Below, one piece after another: positions 12,808 to 21,106 of a stretch of DNA of 64,000 nucleotides. Made by a program: the position numbers and the translations under genes. The notes beneath the pieces are model-generated. The model did not search any database. It saw only the letters and a list, made by a program, of their open reading frames with translations, and was not told where the DNA came from. Every line of letters starts with the position of its first letter. The stretch's first letter is position 1. Location of the stretch: assembly GCA_965219955.1 (NCBI GenBank), contig OZ244799.1, positions 2,304,001 through 2,368,000 of the forward strand, given 5' to 3'. The DNA is from a bacterium (lineage in GTDB: Bacteria; UBA8248).

Positions 12808-13713
12808 ATGGCGCGCAAGGCAACGAAAAAAATCGCATTCCTGGGTCTGGGCCGCATGGGCGGATTGATGACGAAGCACCAGGTCGACGCCGGCTTCCCG
12901 GTCACGGGCTACGATCCCTCGGCGAAAGCCATCGCTACTGCGAAGAAAAACGGCGCCAAAACCGCCAGAACCGTCGCGGCGGCGGTGAAGGGCGCCGACG
13001 TGGTTTGCAGTTCGCTTCCCTCGCCCGCCGTTGTGAGGGACGTCTACCTCGGCCCCAGGGGCGTGCTCGAGACGGCGCGGCGCGGCGCCGTCTGCTTTGA
13101 GCTTTCGACCAGCACCGTCAGCCTGGCGAAGGAGATCGGGGAGGCGGCGAAGAAAAAGGGAATCGCCTTTCTGGACGCTCCCGTCAGCGGGAGCATTCCG
13201 CACCTGGAGCGCAAGGAAGTGGCCGCCATCGTGGGCGGAGACCAGACCGCGCTCAAGGAACACCGCGACGTGCTCGACGCCTTCAGCAAGTCGGTCACCT
13301 ATATGGGGAAATCCGGCAACGGCCTGATCATGAAACTGGTGACGAACCACATCCTGAACATCCACCACTCCGGCATGGCCGAGGGTCTCGCCTTCGGGAT
13401 GAAGGCGGGGCTGACGGCTCCCAAGATGATGAAATTCTTACAAGGCAGCGTGATCCCCCTGTTGATACATTACAAGGGCACCACGATGGCGGCGCGTGAT
13501 TATTCCGACGTCATCGCGAACCTGGGGATCAGCTTCAAGGATTTGGGACTCAGCATCAACGAGGCGAACGACTTGGGCGCCCCCGTACCCCTGGGCGCCG
13601 CCGCGCGGCAGCAATACACCTCCGCCATGGCGCTCGGCCTCGAAGATGCGGACTTCAACGCGGTTTTCGAGTCGTTCCTGAACGCCATGGGAACGAGGCC
13701 GAAGAGAAAATAA
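12808..13713 (+). CDS. 3-hydroxyisobutyrate dehydrogenase / tartronate semialdehyde reductase family oxidoreductase (copy 1)
   Basis: FLGLGRMG, DAPVSG, GNGLIMKLVTN with catalytic Lys. Confidence 0.92.
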   Translation: MARKATKKIAFLGLGRMGGLMTKHQVDAGFPVTGYDPSAKAIATAKKNGAKTARTVAAAVKGADVVCSSLPSPAVVRDVYLGPRGVLETARRGAVCFELSTSTVSLAKEIGEAAKKKGIAFLDAPVSGSIPHLERKEVAAIVGGDQTALKEHRDVLDAFSKSVTYMGKSGNGLIMKLVTNHILNIHHSGMAEGLAFGMKAGLTAPKMMKFLQGSVIPLLIHYKGTTMAARDYSDVIANLGISFKDLGLSINEANDLGAPVPLGAAARQQYTSAMALGLEDADFNAVFESFLNAMGTRPKRK

Positions 13714-13842
13714 TTTTACAGGGGCAAACGGATGTACATGCTTGCATCGGAGACGCCTGTCCTGATTTTGGAGGGATGCCTCAAGTCGGTTTCATGGTGT
13801 GGGCATTAAGCATGGCAGATGAAATTTCAGGATTTTGAAGAT

Positions 13843-14757
13843 ATGGCGCGCAAGGCAACGAAAAAAATCGCGTTCCTGGGCCTTGGCCGAATGGGCGGGT
13901 TGATGGCGAAACACCTGGTTGATGCGGGCTTCGACGTCACCGGCTACGACCCCGTGCCAAGGGCTGCCTCCGCCGCGAAGAAAAACGGCGCCAAAACCGC
14001 GAAAACCGTCGCGGCGGCCGTCAAGGGCGCTGACGTGGTTTGCAGTTCGCTCCCCAAGACCGACATCGTGAGAGACGTCTACCTGGGCAAAGGCGGCGCG
14101 CTCAAGACCATGCGGCGCGGCGCGGTATGCTTCGAGCTTTCGACGAGCAGCGTCGTCCTCGCAAAAGAGATCGCCGCAGAAGCCAGGAAGAAGAGAATCG
14201 CGTTTCTGGACGCTCCCGTGCTCGGAAGCGTTCCGCACCTGGAGCAAAAGGGAGTCTCCGCCATCGTGGGCGGAGACGAGGCTGCGCTCAAGGAACACCG
14301 TGACGTGCTCGACGCCTTCAGCAAGTCGGTCACATACATGGGGAAATCCGGAAACGGCCTGCTCATGAAGCTGGTATCGAACCACATCGTCTTCATCCAG
14401 CACGCCGGCATGGCCGAGGGACTCGCATTCGGGGTGAAGGCGGGACTCACGGCCCGGAAAATGATGAAATTCCTGCAAGGGAGCGTGATTCCGGACCTGA
14501 TCCACTACAAAGGCCCGGAGATGGCGGCGCGCGATTATTCCAATGTCATAGGGAACCTGGGACTCAGCTACAAGGACATGGGAATCAGCATGAACGAAGC
14601 GAACGATCTGGGCGTTCCCGTTCCCATTGGCGCCGCCGCGCGGCAGCAGCATACCTCCGCCATGGCGCTCGGGTTCGAACACGCGGACTTGAACGCCGTT
14701 TTCGAGGCTTTCCTGAACGCCGCGGGAATGAAGCCGCAGAAAAAATCATTTTCATAG
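13843..14757 (+). CDS. 3-hydroxyisobutyrate dehydrogenase family oxidoreductase (copy 2, close paralogue of copy 1)
   Basis: Same N-terminus MARKATKKIAFLGLGRMGG; DAPVLG; MKLVSN. Confidence 0.92.
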   Translation: MARKATKKIAFLGLGRMGGLMAKHLVDAGFDVTGYDPVPRAASAAKKNGAKTAKTVAAAVKGADVVCSSLPKTDIVRDVYLGKGGALKTMRRGAVCFELSTSSVVLAKEIAAEARKKRIAFLDAPVLGSVPHLEQKGVSAIVGGDEAALKEHRDVLDAFSKSVTYMGKSGNGLLMKLVSNHIVFIQHAGMAEGLAFGVKAGLTARKMMKFLQGSVIPDLIHYKGPEMAARDYSNVIGNLGLSYKDMGISMNEANDLGVPVPIGAAARQQHTSAMALGFEHADLNAVFEAFLNAAGMKPQKKSFS

Positions 14758-14893
14758 GGGCAGGCAAATACCCCACACGAGACGGGGGGCGCCTCTCCTG
14801 ATTTCATGAGGGATGGGCCTGTCCCCTCCCAGTCCATTGGCTCGCAAGCATGGACACTCAGCAATGGCGCATTACATTTAGGAGTGATTAGAA

Positions 14894-15772
14894 ATGGCGA
14901 AAGTGGTTGCTTTTCTGGGCCTCGGCAACATGGGCTCGGGCATGTCGGAAAATCTGGTGAAGGCGGGCTTCGAGGTTCGTGGCTTCGACCCCGTCCCCGC
15001 CGCACGCGAGCGGGCGGCATCGGCCGGCCTTACCGTCTTCGAGACGGCGGCGGAAGCCGCCACGGGGGCCGAGGTCATCTGCAGTTCGGTGCCCGAAGTC
15101 GAGCACGCGAGAGAAGCATATCTGGGAGAGACCGGCGCGCTCACGACGGCTACGGAAGGCGCGGTCTGTTTCGACCTGTCCACCCTCACGGTCGAGGGGA
15201 GCCAGGAGTTGGCGGCGGAAGCGGAAAAACAAGGCGTCCGGTTTCTGGATACCCCCGTGAGCGGGAGCGTGCCCCACGCGAGGGCGGGCACCCTCGCCAT
15301 CATGGCGGGGGGCGATGAGGCCTCGCTCGAAGCCCACCGCGACGTTCTGGAGGCCTTCAGCGCCTCGATCCACTACTTCGGCGCGAACGGCGCGGGCCTC
15401 CAGATGAAGCTGGTGACGAACCACATCTTCTCGATTCACATCTCCGCCATCGCCGAGGCGCTCACCATGGGGACGAAGGGAGGCCTCGACCCCGAACTGA
15501 TGGTCGAGTTCCTGAAAGCGAGCGTCATCCCCAAAATCCTCGAATACAAGGCCTCGCCCATGATCGCCAAGGACTACACGCCCACCTTCACGGTGAACCT
15601 GATGCTCAAGGATCTGCGCATCATCGCGGCGATGGCCGACGGCGTCGGGACGCCGATTCCGCTGGGCACGATGGCGCGGCAGGTCTACATGGGCGCAGCG
15701 GCCCTGGGCCACGGCGACGCGGACCAGAACGCCATTCTGGAGTTTTTCGAAAAAGGCGCGGGGATGGATTAG
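14894..15772 (+). CDS. 3-hydroxyisobutyrate dehydrogenase family oxidoreductase (copy 3, more divergent)
   Basis: FLGLGNMG, DTPVSG, MKLVTN, LMLKDL. Confidence 0.92.
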   Translation: MAKVVAFLGLGNMGSGMSENLVKAGFEVRGFDPVPAARERAASAGLTVFETAAEAATGAEVICSSVPEVEHAREAYLGETGALTTATEGAVCFDLSTLTVEGSQELAAEAEKQGVRFLDTPVSGSVPHARAGTLAIMAGGDEASLEAHRDVLEAFSASIHYFGANGAGLQMKLVTNHIFSIHISAIAEALTMGTKGGLDPELMVEFLKASVIPKILEYKASPMIAKDYTPTFTVNLMLKDLRIIAAMADGVGTPIPLGTMARQVYMGAAALGHGDADQNAILEFFEKGAGMD

Positions 15773-15780
15773 CGCGAAGA

Positions 15781-16098
15781 GGGGTTGTTGAAAAAGCCCG
15801 ATGCGGCGCAACCCCCCTCCTCGTCCTGCGTGGCCCGCCGCTCCGCCTCACCCTGAGTAGCGGCGAAGCCGCTTATCGAAGGGCGAAATTCGCGCCCGCT
15901 GCAGAGATGCGCCCCTCCATCCTTCGATACGGCGCTTGCGCGCCTACTCAGGATGAGGTTTTGTGGCCGCCCGCATCGGATATGTTCATCCCCGTGACTA
16001 CGCTTCGCAGGGACAGACACGGGGACCTCGGACAGGCACGGGGCCTGTCCGCTACAAACCCTCTACTTGCAGGAGCTTGGGCGGACTTTTTCAACAAC
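15781..16098. repeat. MITE-like element: GTTGTTGAAAAAG...CTTTTTCAACAAC ends enclosing CTGAGTAG..TATCGAAGG / CCTTCGATACG..CTACTCAGGATGAG palindromic repeats
   Basis: Terminal inverted repeats and internal modules recur many times in the window. Confidence 0.75.
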
Positions 16099-16357
16099 GA
16101 AGAGTGAGCGTTTGTCGTGCTGTTGATTCCACAAGCTGTCGTGGGCGCGTCTCTTGCGGCATGGCGCTTGGCGCTTTTTTCCGGATAATGACTCGATTTC
16201 GATGTTTCAAGAATCAGGCTTGCTATTCTTGAGTAAATTAGTTTAGTATTCGAAAGAATTGCGGGGCGGGCACTGCGCGCTCTGAAGTGCCGATAACTTA
16301 CGATTATCTATCCCATATCCCTTTTCAGCGAACGCTGGGAGCAAAGGAGATCAAGAA

Positions 16358-17557
16358 ATGTCGAAAACAGGACGGGACCTGCTCGAGGACGCGCGGGGCG
16401 ATGTTCCTGAGATCACGGCGGAGGAAGTGAAGTACGCCGTCGATACCGGCGCCGAGGTGGCGCTCATTGACGTGCGCGAACCGGATGAGTTCCGGGGCGG
16501 CTACCTGCCGGGTGCGGAGCACGTGAGCCGCGGATTCCTGGAACTCAAGATCGAGCAGGTCGTCCCCGACAGAAAGACGCCCATCGTCGCCTATTGCGCG
16601 GGCGGCGTGCGCTCGCTGCTCGCGGGCCAGGTGCTCCAGTCCATGGGTTATCAGAACGTGAAATCCATGGCGGGCGGTTACGGCAAGTGGAAGGATCTCG
16701 GTTTTCCCGTCCAGGTGGACAAGCAAATGAGCGCCGAGCAGCTGAACCGCTACAGCCGCCACTTCTTGCTCTCCCAGATCGGGGAAAAAGGCCAGGCCAA
16801 ACTCCTGGACGCCAAGGTCGTCCTGATAGGCGCGGGCGGGCTGGGTTCTCCCACCGGGCTGTATCTGACGGCCATGGGCGTGGGCAACATCGGCATCGTG
16901 GATATGGACGTCGTGGACATGAGCAACCTGCAGCGCCAGATCGTCCACACGAACGATCGCGTGGGCACCTCCAAGGTCGAGAGCGCGGCCGCCACCTTCA
17001 CCGCGCTGAACCCCGACGTGAACGTCATCGCGCACGAAGATAGAATCAACCGCGACAACGCGCTCGATATCCTGAAAGACTACGACGTCATCGTGAACGG
17101 GGCGGACAATTTCCCGACCCGCTACCTCGTGAACGACGCGGCTGTCTTTCTCGGAAAGCCCATCGTCGACGCCTCTATCTTCAAGTTCGAGGGCCAGGCC
17201 ACCGTCTACCATCCCGCCAAGGGCGGCCCCTGCTACCGCTGCCTCTATCCCGAACCGCCGCCGCCCGGCATGGTGCCCTCCTGCCAGGACGCGGGCGTGC
17301 TCGGCGCGCTTTGCGGCACGATGGGCTCCATCCAGGCGACGGAGACGGCCAAGCTCATCGTGGGCTTCGGCGAACCGCTTATCGGCAAACTCCTGATGTA
17401 CGACGCGCTCAAATCGCAGTTCAGGACGCTCAAGATCAGGCGCGACCCCGCCTGCCCGGTGTGCGGAGACAGCCCCTCCATCACCGAGCTCATCGACTAC
17501 GAGTTCTTCTGCGGCCTCACCGAAGCCCCCGCTACGGCCTCCGTCAACGGGGGCTGA
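16358..17557 (+). CDS. moeB: Molybdopterin-synthase adenylyltransferase MoeB/MoeZ-like (ThiF/E1 family) with N-terminal rhodanese domain
   Basis: Rhodanese IDVREPDE...YCAGGVRS; RYSRH, GAGGLGSP, SNLQRQ, CYRC, CPVC. Confidence 0.92.
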   Translation: MSKTGRDLLEDARGDVPEITAEEVKYAVDTGAEVALIDVREPDEFRGGYLPGAEHVSRGFLELKIEQVVPDRKTPIVAYCAGGVRSLLAGQVLQSMGYQNVKSMAGGYGKWKDLGFPVQVDKQMSAEQLNRYSRHFLLSQIGEKGQAKLLDAKVVLIGAGGLGSPTGLYLTAMGVGNIGIVDMDVVDMSNLQRQIVHTNDRVGTSKVESAAATFTALNPDVNVIAHEDRINRDNALDILKDYDVIVNGADNFPTRYLVNDAAVFLGKPIVDASIFKFEGQATVYHPAKGGPCYRCLYPEPPPPGMVPSCQDAGVLGALCGTMGSIQATETAKLIVGFGEPLIGKLLMYDALKSQFRTLKIRRDPACPVCGDSPSITELIDYEFFCGLTEAPATASVNGG

Positions 17558-17616
17558 TGGGAGAGAAGCGGGCAAGGAAGCGGACGTGGTGAACTAACAA
17601 AACCCAGCAAAAAGAC

Positions 17617-17653
17617 ACCCCCGGGGCATGAGCCTCGGGGGTTTTTCGCTTTT
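17617..17653 (+). terminator. Rho-independent terminator after moeB; marks the left edge of the AT-rich island
   Basis: ACCCCCGGGGC-ATGA-GCCTCGGGGGT hairpin followed by TTTTCGCTTTT. Confidence 0.8.
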
Positions 17654-17676
17654 CACATAAATTCAAAATATTTTGC

Positions 17677-17705
17677 TTGACAATAATAATTATTTGACTC
17701 ATAGT
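17677..17705 (+). promoter_or_regulatory. Putative sigma70 promoter of the retron operon
   Basis: TTGACA (17677-17682), 17-nt spacer, CATAGT; AT-rich upstream region. Confidence 0.6.
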
Positions 17706-17714
17706 TAGAAATAT

Positions 17715-18166
17715 TGCAGCAGGGTGATTCGCCCTGTATGTTCTTTGACAATCCATCTTCGAGTTTGGTGTTTAGACTTCTATCCGACACCTCTCCAAGC
17801 ATTCGGCTTTTCTGGATGCTTGTGCTTGAAATTTAGGCTATGCCTAAAATCCAGTGTGAAAATTCCGGCACTGTGATTTCCCATCTATGCAGCGAATCCA
17901 AGACCTTAGGTTTCCTATTTACAGAAGCATCGGGCATTGGGTTATCGGTCACTCACAAAATGAAAAATGTATGGAGAGGGCGTTCGCACTATTAATGAAC
18001 ATTATAGGCGAACTAGCGAATGAGGGGGTCTTACGGTAGATCCCGCCAGTTTCTAATCAGAAACAAACAAAGGACAAAGGAGGTGATTAGATGAAGAAAA
18101 TTTAAACACCAAAATCTCCGCCCGACAACTTTATCCATAGGAGAAAAAATAAATGGATAAAATCGG
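17715..18166 (+). ncRNA. Putative retron msr-msd-like structured RNA / 5' leader
   Basis: Perfect 11-bp long-range inverted repeat TTTGGTGTTTA (17764-17774) / TAAACACCAAA (18103-18113) enclosing several hairpins (17796-17822, 17832-17848, 17852-17873, 17982-18013, about 18025-18044, 18049-18064); lies upstream of a retron-type RT; ends approximate. Confidence 0.75.
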
Positions 18167-18464
18167 TAACTCGAAGGTGGGCCTTGAGAGGGCCGTAAAA
18201 GATGTTATCAAAGTCGCTTATAAGCTACTTCGGCAACAAAACGACCCTCTTATGGCGGGGACTTCAAAGGTAGTTCGTTGTCGTCTCAAGCAGCTTGAGC
18301 GTCAGTTGCAAAAAAAGCGAACGAATCCATTTCCCAAAAAAGAACTGGATAAAATCGCTAGAGAAGCAACTGACACGATAAGCTATCTTATGAAGTCCCT
18401 CATTCGTTACTTATTTTCCGCAATTTACAATTGCGAGTTATTGAAAGCATGGAAAACAAATTAG
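18153..18464 (+). CDS. Small basic hypothetical protein (103 aa), candidate retron effector
   Basis: SD AGGAG upstream, AT-rich like the island, overlaps the downstream HTH gene; no family recognised. Confidence 0.7.
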   Translation: MDKIGNSKVGLERAVKDVIKVAYKLLRQQNDPLMAGTSKVVRCRLKQLERQLQKKRTNPFPKKELDKIAREATDTISYLMKSLIRYLFSAIYNCELLKAWKTN

Positions 18465-18754
18465 GCAACACACTAAAAGTAATTAGAGTAGCTGCAGGTA
18501 TAAACCAGTCCGCTATGGCAAAAAAGCTGGAGATTACCCAAAACTATTTGTCTTTGGTCGAAAACAATCACAAAGAACCGAGCTTATCATTCTTGAAAAA
18601 GTTTGCCTCTAGTTTCGATATTCCTCTTGGGTATTTTTTATGGCTAGCCTTAGACAAGCAAGAAAATATGGAGGAAAAAGAATTGCGTGACAAGATGGAA
18701 ATACTTCTCAAAGAAATACTAATAGGCAGAAGAAGTGAAAATGTTACAGGATAA
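18449..18754 (+). CDS. XRE/Cro-C1 helix-turn-helix protein
   Basis: LGNTLKVIRVAAGINQSAMAKKLEITQNYLSLVENNHKEPSLSFLKKFA is a typical HTH_3 pattern; ATG at 18449. Confidence 0.9.
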   Translation: MENKLGNTLKVIRVAAGINQSAMAKKLEITQNYLSLVENNHKEPSLSFLKKFASSFDIPLGYFLWLALDKQENMEEKELRDKMEILLKEILIGRRSENVTG

Positions 18755-19688
18755 ACAGCCTAATCTAAAATCATCCTGGAATTTACGGACTTTGAAAGAT
18801 TTGTCACGCCTTCTAGGTGTAAAAGAAGAAATCATAAACGAGATTTCGAACTCAGCACACTTGATGTACCGGTCGCGAGAAGAACCAAAGAAATCTGGAG
18901 GAGCAAGACCAATAGATGTCCCTGGCAATAGATTAAAATGGATACAATCGACGATTAACAAGCGTTTATTGCAAAGGACCCTCGTCCATAAATCTGCAAT
19001 GGGTGGTATTCGAGGCAAACGATTAAAAGACAATGCTCAAAAACACGTTGGGAAAAATTTAGTTGCCAAATTCGATTTAGAAAATTACTTTTCGAATATT
19101 TCTCATCAGCAAGTCTACGATCGATTTTGCTCCATTGGATGCTCCCCTGATGTGGCTAGGGTTCTCACCAAACTAACAACATATAAAGGAAGAGTTCCAC
19201 AAGGAGCACCCACAAGTACTATGCTTGCGAATTTAGTAGCTGCATTTGCAAGAGACTGCAATAGTTTCAATGCAAGAATTGTTTCACTGGCTAAAAAGCG
19301 TCGTGCAACCGCTACTACTTGGGTTGACGATGTAACAATGTCAGGCCCGCGTAATATTCAAAAAGAAGCCAATACTTTCGAGAAAATTGCTAGGCAAAGT
19401 GGCTTCATACCAAACACTGATAAAAATGAATTCATAGGTAACAACCAACAACAATTCGTCACTGGAGCAGTTGTCAATCAAAAAGTAAGCGCCTCAAAAA
19501 AATACAGGAAAGCAATACGCGCGGAACTCCATCAACTCAAAGTTCATGGCCCAAGAAATATTTGTAAAGAGCCGATCAAAAAAATAAAGGAGCAGCTTCG
19601 GGGCAAAATTGCACACATAGACAACTTAAACCCCGAGCATGGTGAAAAACTTCTAAAAGAATTCAGCGCTATCGACTGGGACTCTTAA
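18735..19688 (+). CDS. Retron-type reverse transcriptase
   Basis: KKSGGARPI..LKWIQ, NAQKH (retron region X, NAxxH), DLENYF, PQGAPTS, WVDD (YxDD equivalent), VTG (retron region Y); 317 aa with no maturase, endonuclease or Cas1 domain; start may be ATG 18741. Confidence 0.93.
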   Translation: MKMLQDKQPNLKSSWNLRTLKDLSRLLGVKEEIINEISNSAHLMYRSREEPKKSGGARPIDVPGNRLKWIQSTINKRLLQRTLVHKSAMGGIRGKRLKDNAQKHVGKNLVAKFDLENYFSNISHQQVYDRFCSIGCSPDVARVLTKLTTYKGRVPQGAPTSTMLANLVAAFARDCNSFNARIVSLAKKRRATATTWVDDVTMSGPRNIQKEANTFEKIARQSGFIPNTDKNEFIGNNQQQFVTGAVVNQKVSASKKYRKAIRAELHQLKVHGPRNICKEPIKKIKEQLRGKIAHIDNLNPEHGEKLLKEFSAIDWDS

Positions 19689-19711
19689 AAGTCACCAACC
19701 ATAAGACTGAA

Positions 19712-20068
19712 CTACCCAATCTCCTCAAGCTCCGCCGCATCCATCACGGGCCGAATGGGGTAGCCGCCCCGCAGGAATTCGGCGAGAAAACCCAGGTGTT
19801 CGGCGAGGGCTGACATGTGCGCGGCGGCGTAGCGCGAGGAGAGCGCGTCGGCTTTCCGCGCCAGGGCTTCGCGGGCGTCCGCGGCGGGGTCATCCTGTGC
19901 GGCGAGGGCGTTATAGGCGTCGAGCAGGGCGCGCACGTCTTCGTGCTCCCCTGCATAGCCTGTATTCAGCGCATAGGGGCTTCGTAAGATCAAATGGACG
20001 GGGTTTTGCGTGTTCGAGGACTGATCGAGCATGCAGCGGCTGCGCCTTTGGTCGTAGTTTTCGGGCAT
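19712..20068 (-). CDS. Hypothetical protein
   Basis: SD GAGGA upstream, host-like codon usage, directly downstream of the MBL gene. Confidence 0.55.
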   Translation of the reverse strand: MPENYDQRRSRCMLDQSSNTQNPVHLILRSPYALNTGYAGEHEDVRALLDAYNALAAQDDPAADAREALARKADALSSRYAAAHMSALAEHLGFLAEFLRGGYPIRPVMDAAELEEIG

Positions 20069-20078
20069 GGCGTCCTCT

Positions 20079-20987
20079 TCAACCTCCCCTTGCGTCGTGG
20101 AGCGATATCCCCTGCTCGCCCCTCCCCTTGAACTCGTTGTAGAGCTTCATCACGGCCTGTTCGACGCGGTCGGGCTTCATCCACTCGGCATAAATCCCTA
20201 AGGGAATCTCGCGCGCGGCGCGTCTGGCGGGGATTCCCTCCTTGAAACGCTTTCGCGCCTCCCGGCGCACGAGCCGAAGGTAGCCCAGGGTTTTCTCGAG
20301 TGCACTCTTGTCCCCCGGCGGCCCGTGGCCCGGAACGACCGTCTCGACGGGGAAGGTTTTGAGTATCTTCTCCGCGACCCGTATCCACCCGCCGACGTGG
20401 GCGTCGAAGGTGGCGGGCGTGACGTAGTGAAAGCAGATGTCACCGGTGAAGAGAACACGCTCTTCGGGCAGATAGACGACCGTGTCGCCTTTCGAATGCG
20501 CGTGGCCCAGGTGGTGGAGTTCCACGACGCGCTTGCCCAGGCGGAGCGTCATGCCCCCCTCGTAGATGACGTCGGGAAAGCGCTGTTTGAGCCTTTTGAG
20601 TTCCGAGGCATATTCGGGGTTCACGCCCCGGTAGTGCGCGAGGTCGAGGCCCGTTTCCACCATCCGCTCGCGCATGTAGCGGTGTGCGATGACGGGGATA
20701 TCGTTATCGAACCAGATGAGGCCCAAGGTGTGATCCGCATGGTGGTGGGTGCAGACGACCTTGCGCACCGGCTTTCTGGTCGCTTTGAGGATGGCCTCCT
20801 GAAAGGCCTGCGTCATGGGGCGCACGTAGAGCGCGTCGACGACGAGCGCCTCATCGTCCCCCACGATGAGGCCTGCGTTCGAGACGTTCAGCCCGCCCGC
20901 CTGGATGTAGGCGTAGACGCCCGGGGCCATGCGCTGAAGCCCCGTCTTCCAGCTTGTGGGCACTTTCCGGGTTCCAGCCATGCGCAC
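20079..20987 (-). CDS. MBL-fold metallo-hydrolase (cyclase-like)
   Basis: SNAGLI, THHHADHTLG, AHSKGD, FTGD, VPGHG. Confidence 0.92.
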   Translation of the reverse strand: MRMAGTRKVPTSWKTGLQRMAPGVYAYIQAGGLNVSNAGLIVGDDEALVVDALYVRPMTQAFQEAILKATRKPVRKVVCTHHHADHTLGLIWFDNDIPVIAHRYMRERMVETGLDLAHYRGVNPEYASELKRLKQRFPDVIYEGGMTLRLGKRVVELHHLGHAHSKGDTVVYLPEERVLFTGDICFHYVTPATFDAHVGGWIRVAEKILKTFPVETVVPGHGPPGDKSALEKTLGYLRLVRREARKRFKEGIPARRAAREIPLGIYAEWMKPDRVEQAVMKLYNEFKGRGEQGISLHDARGG

Positions 20988-21106
20988 CTCCTTTTCAGGC
21001 GCATCATTCTACACGATGGGAGCGATTGACCGCACGCCGCCTTACGGGCGACATTGGCCCCGAATTCAAAGCCGGGGTTTCAGCCGTTCACGCAAAGGGG
21101 GAGCAA

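Noticed and set aside
18719-19033. 104-aa ORF antisense to the RT
   Set aside because: No motif or RBS support; likely shadow
18735-19688. RT as group II intron, DGR, CRISPR-RT or DRT2-type
   Set aside because: Short, has NAxxH and VTG retron motifs; no maturase domain, TR/VR pair, Avd or cas genes seen
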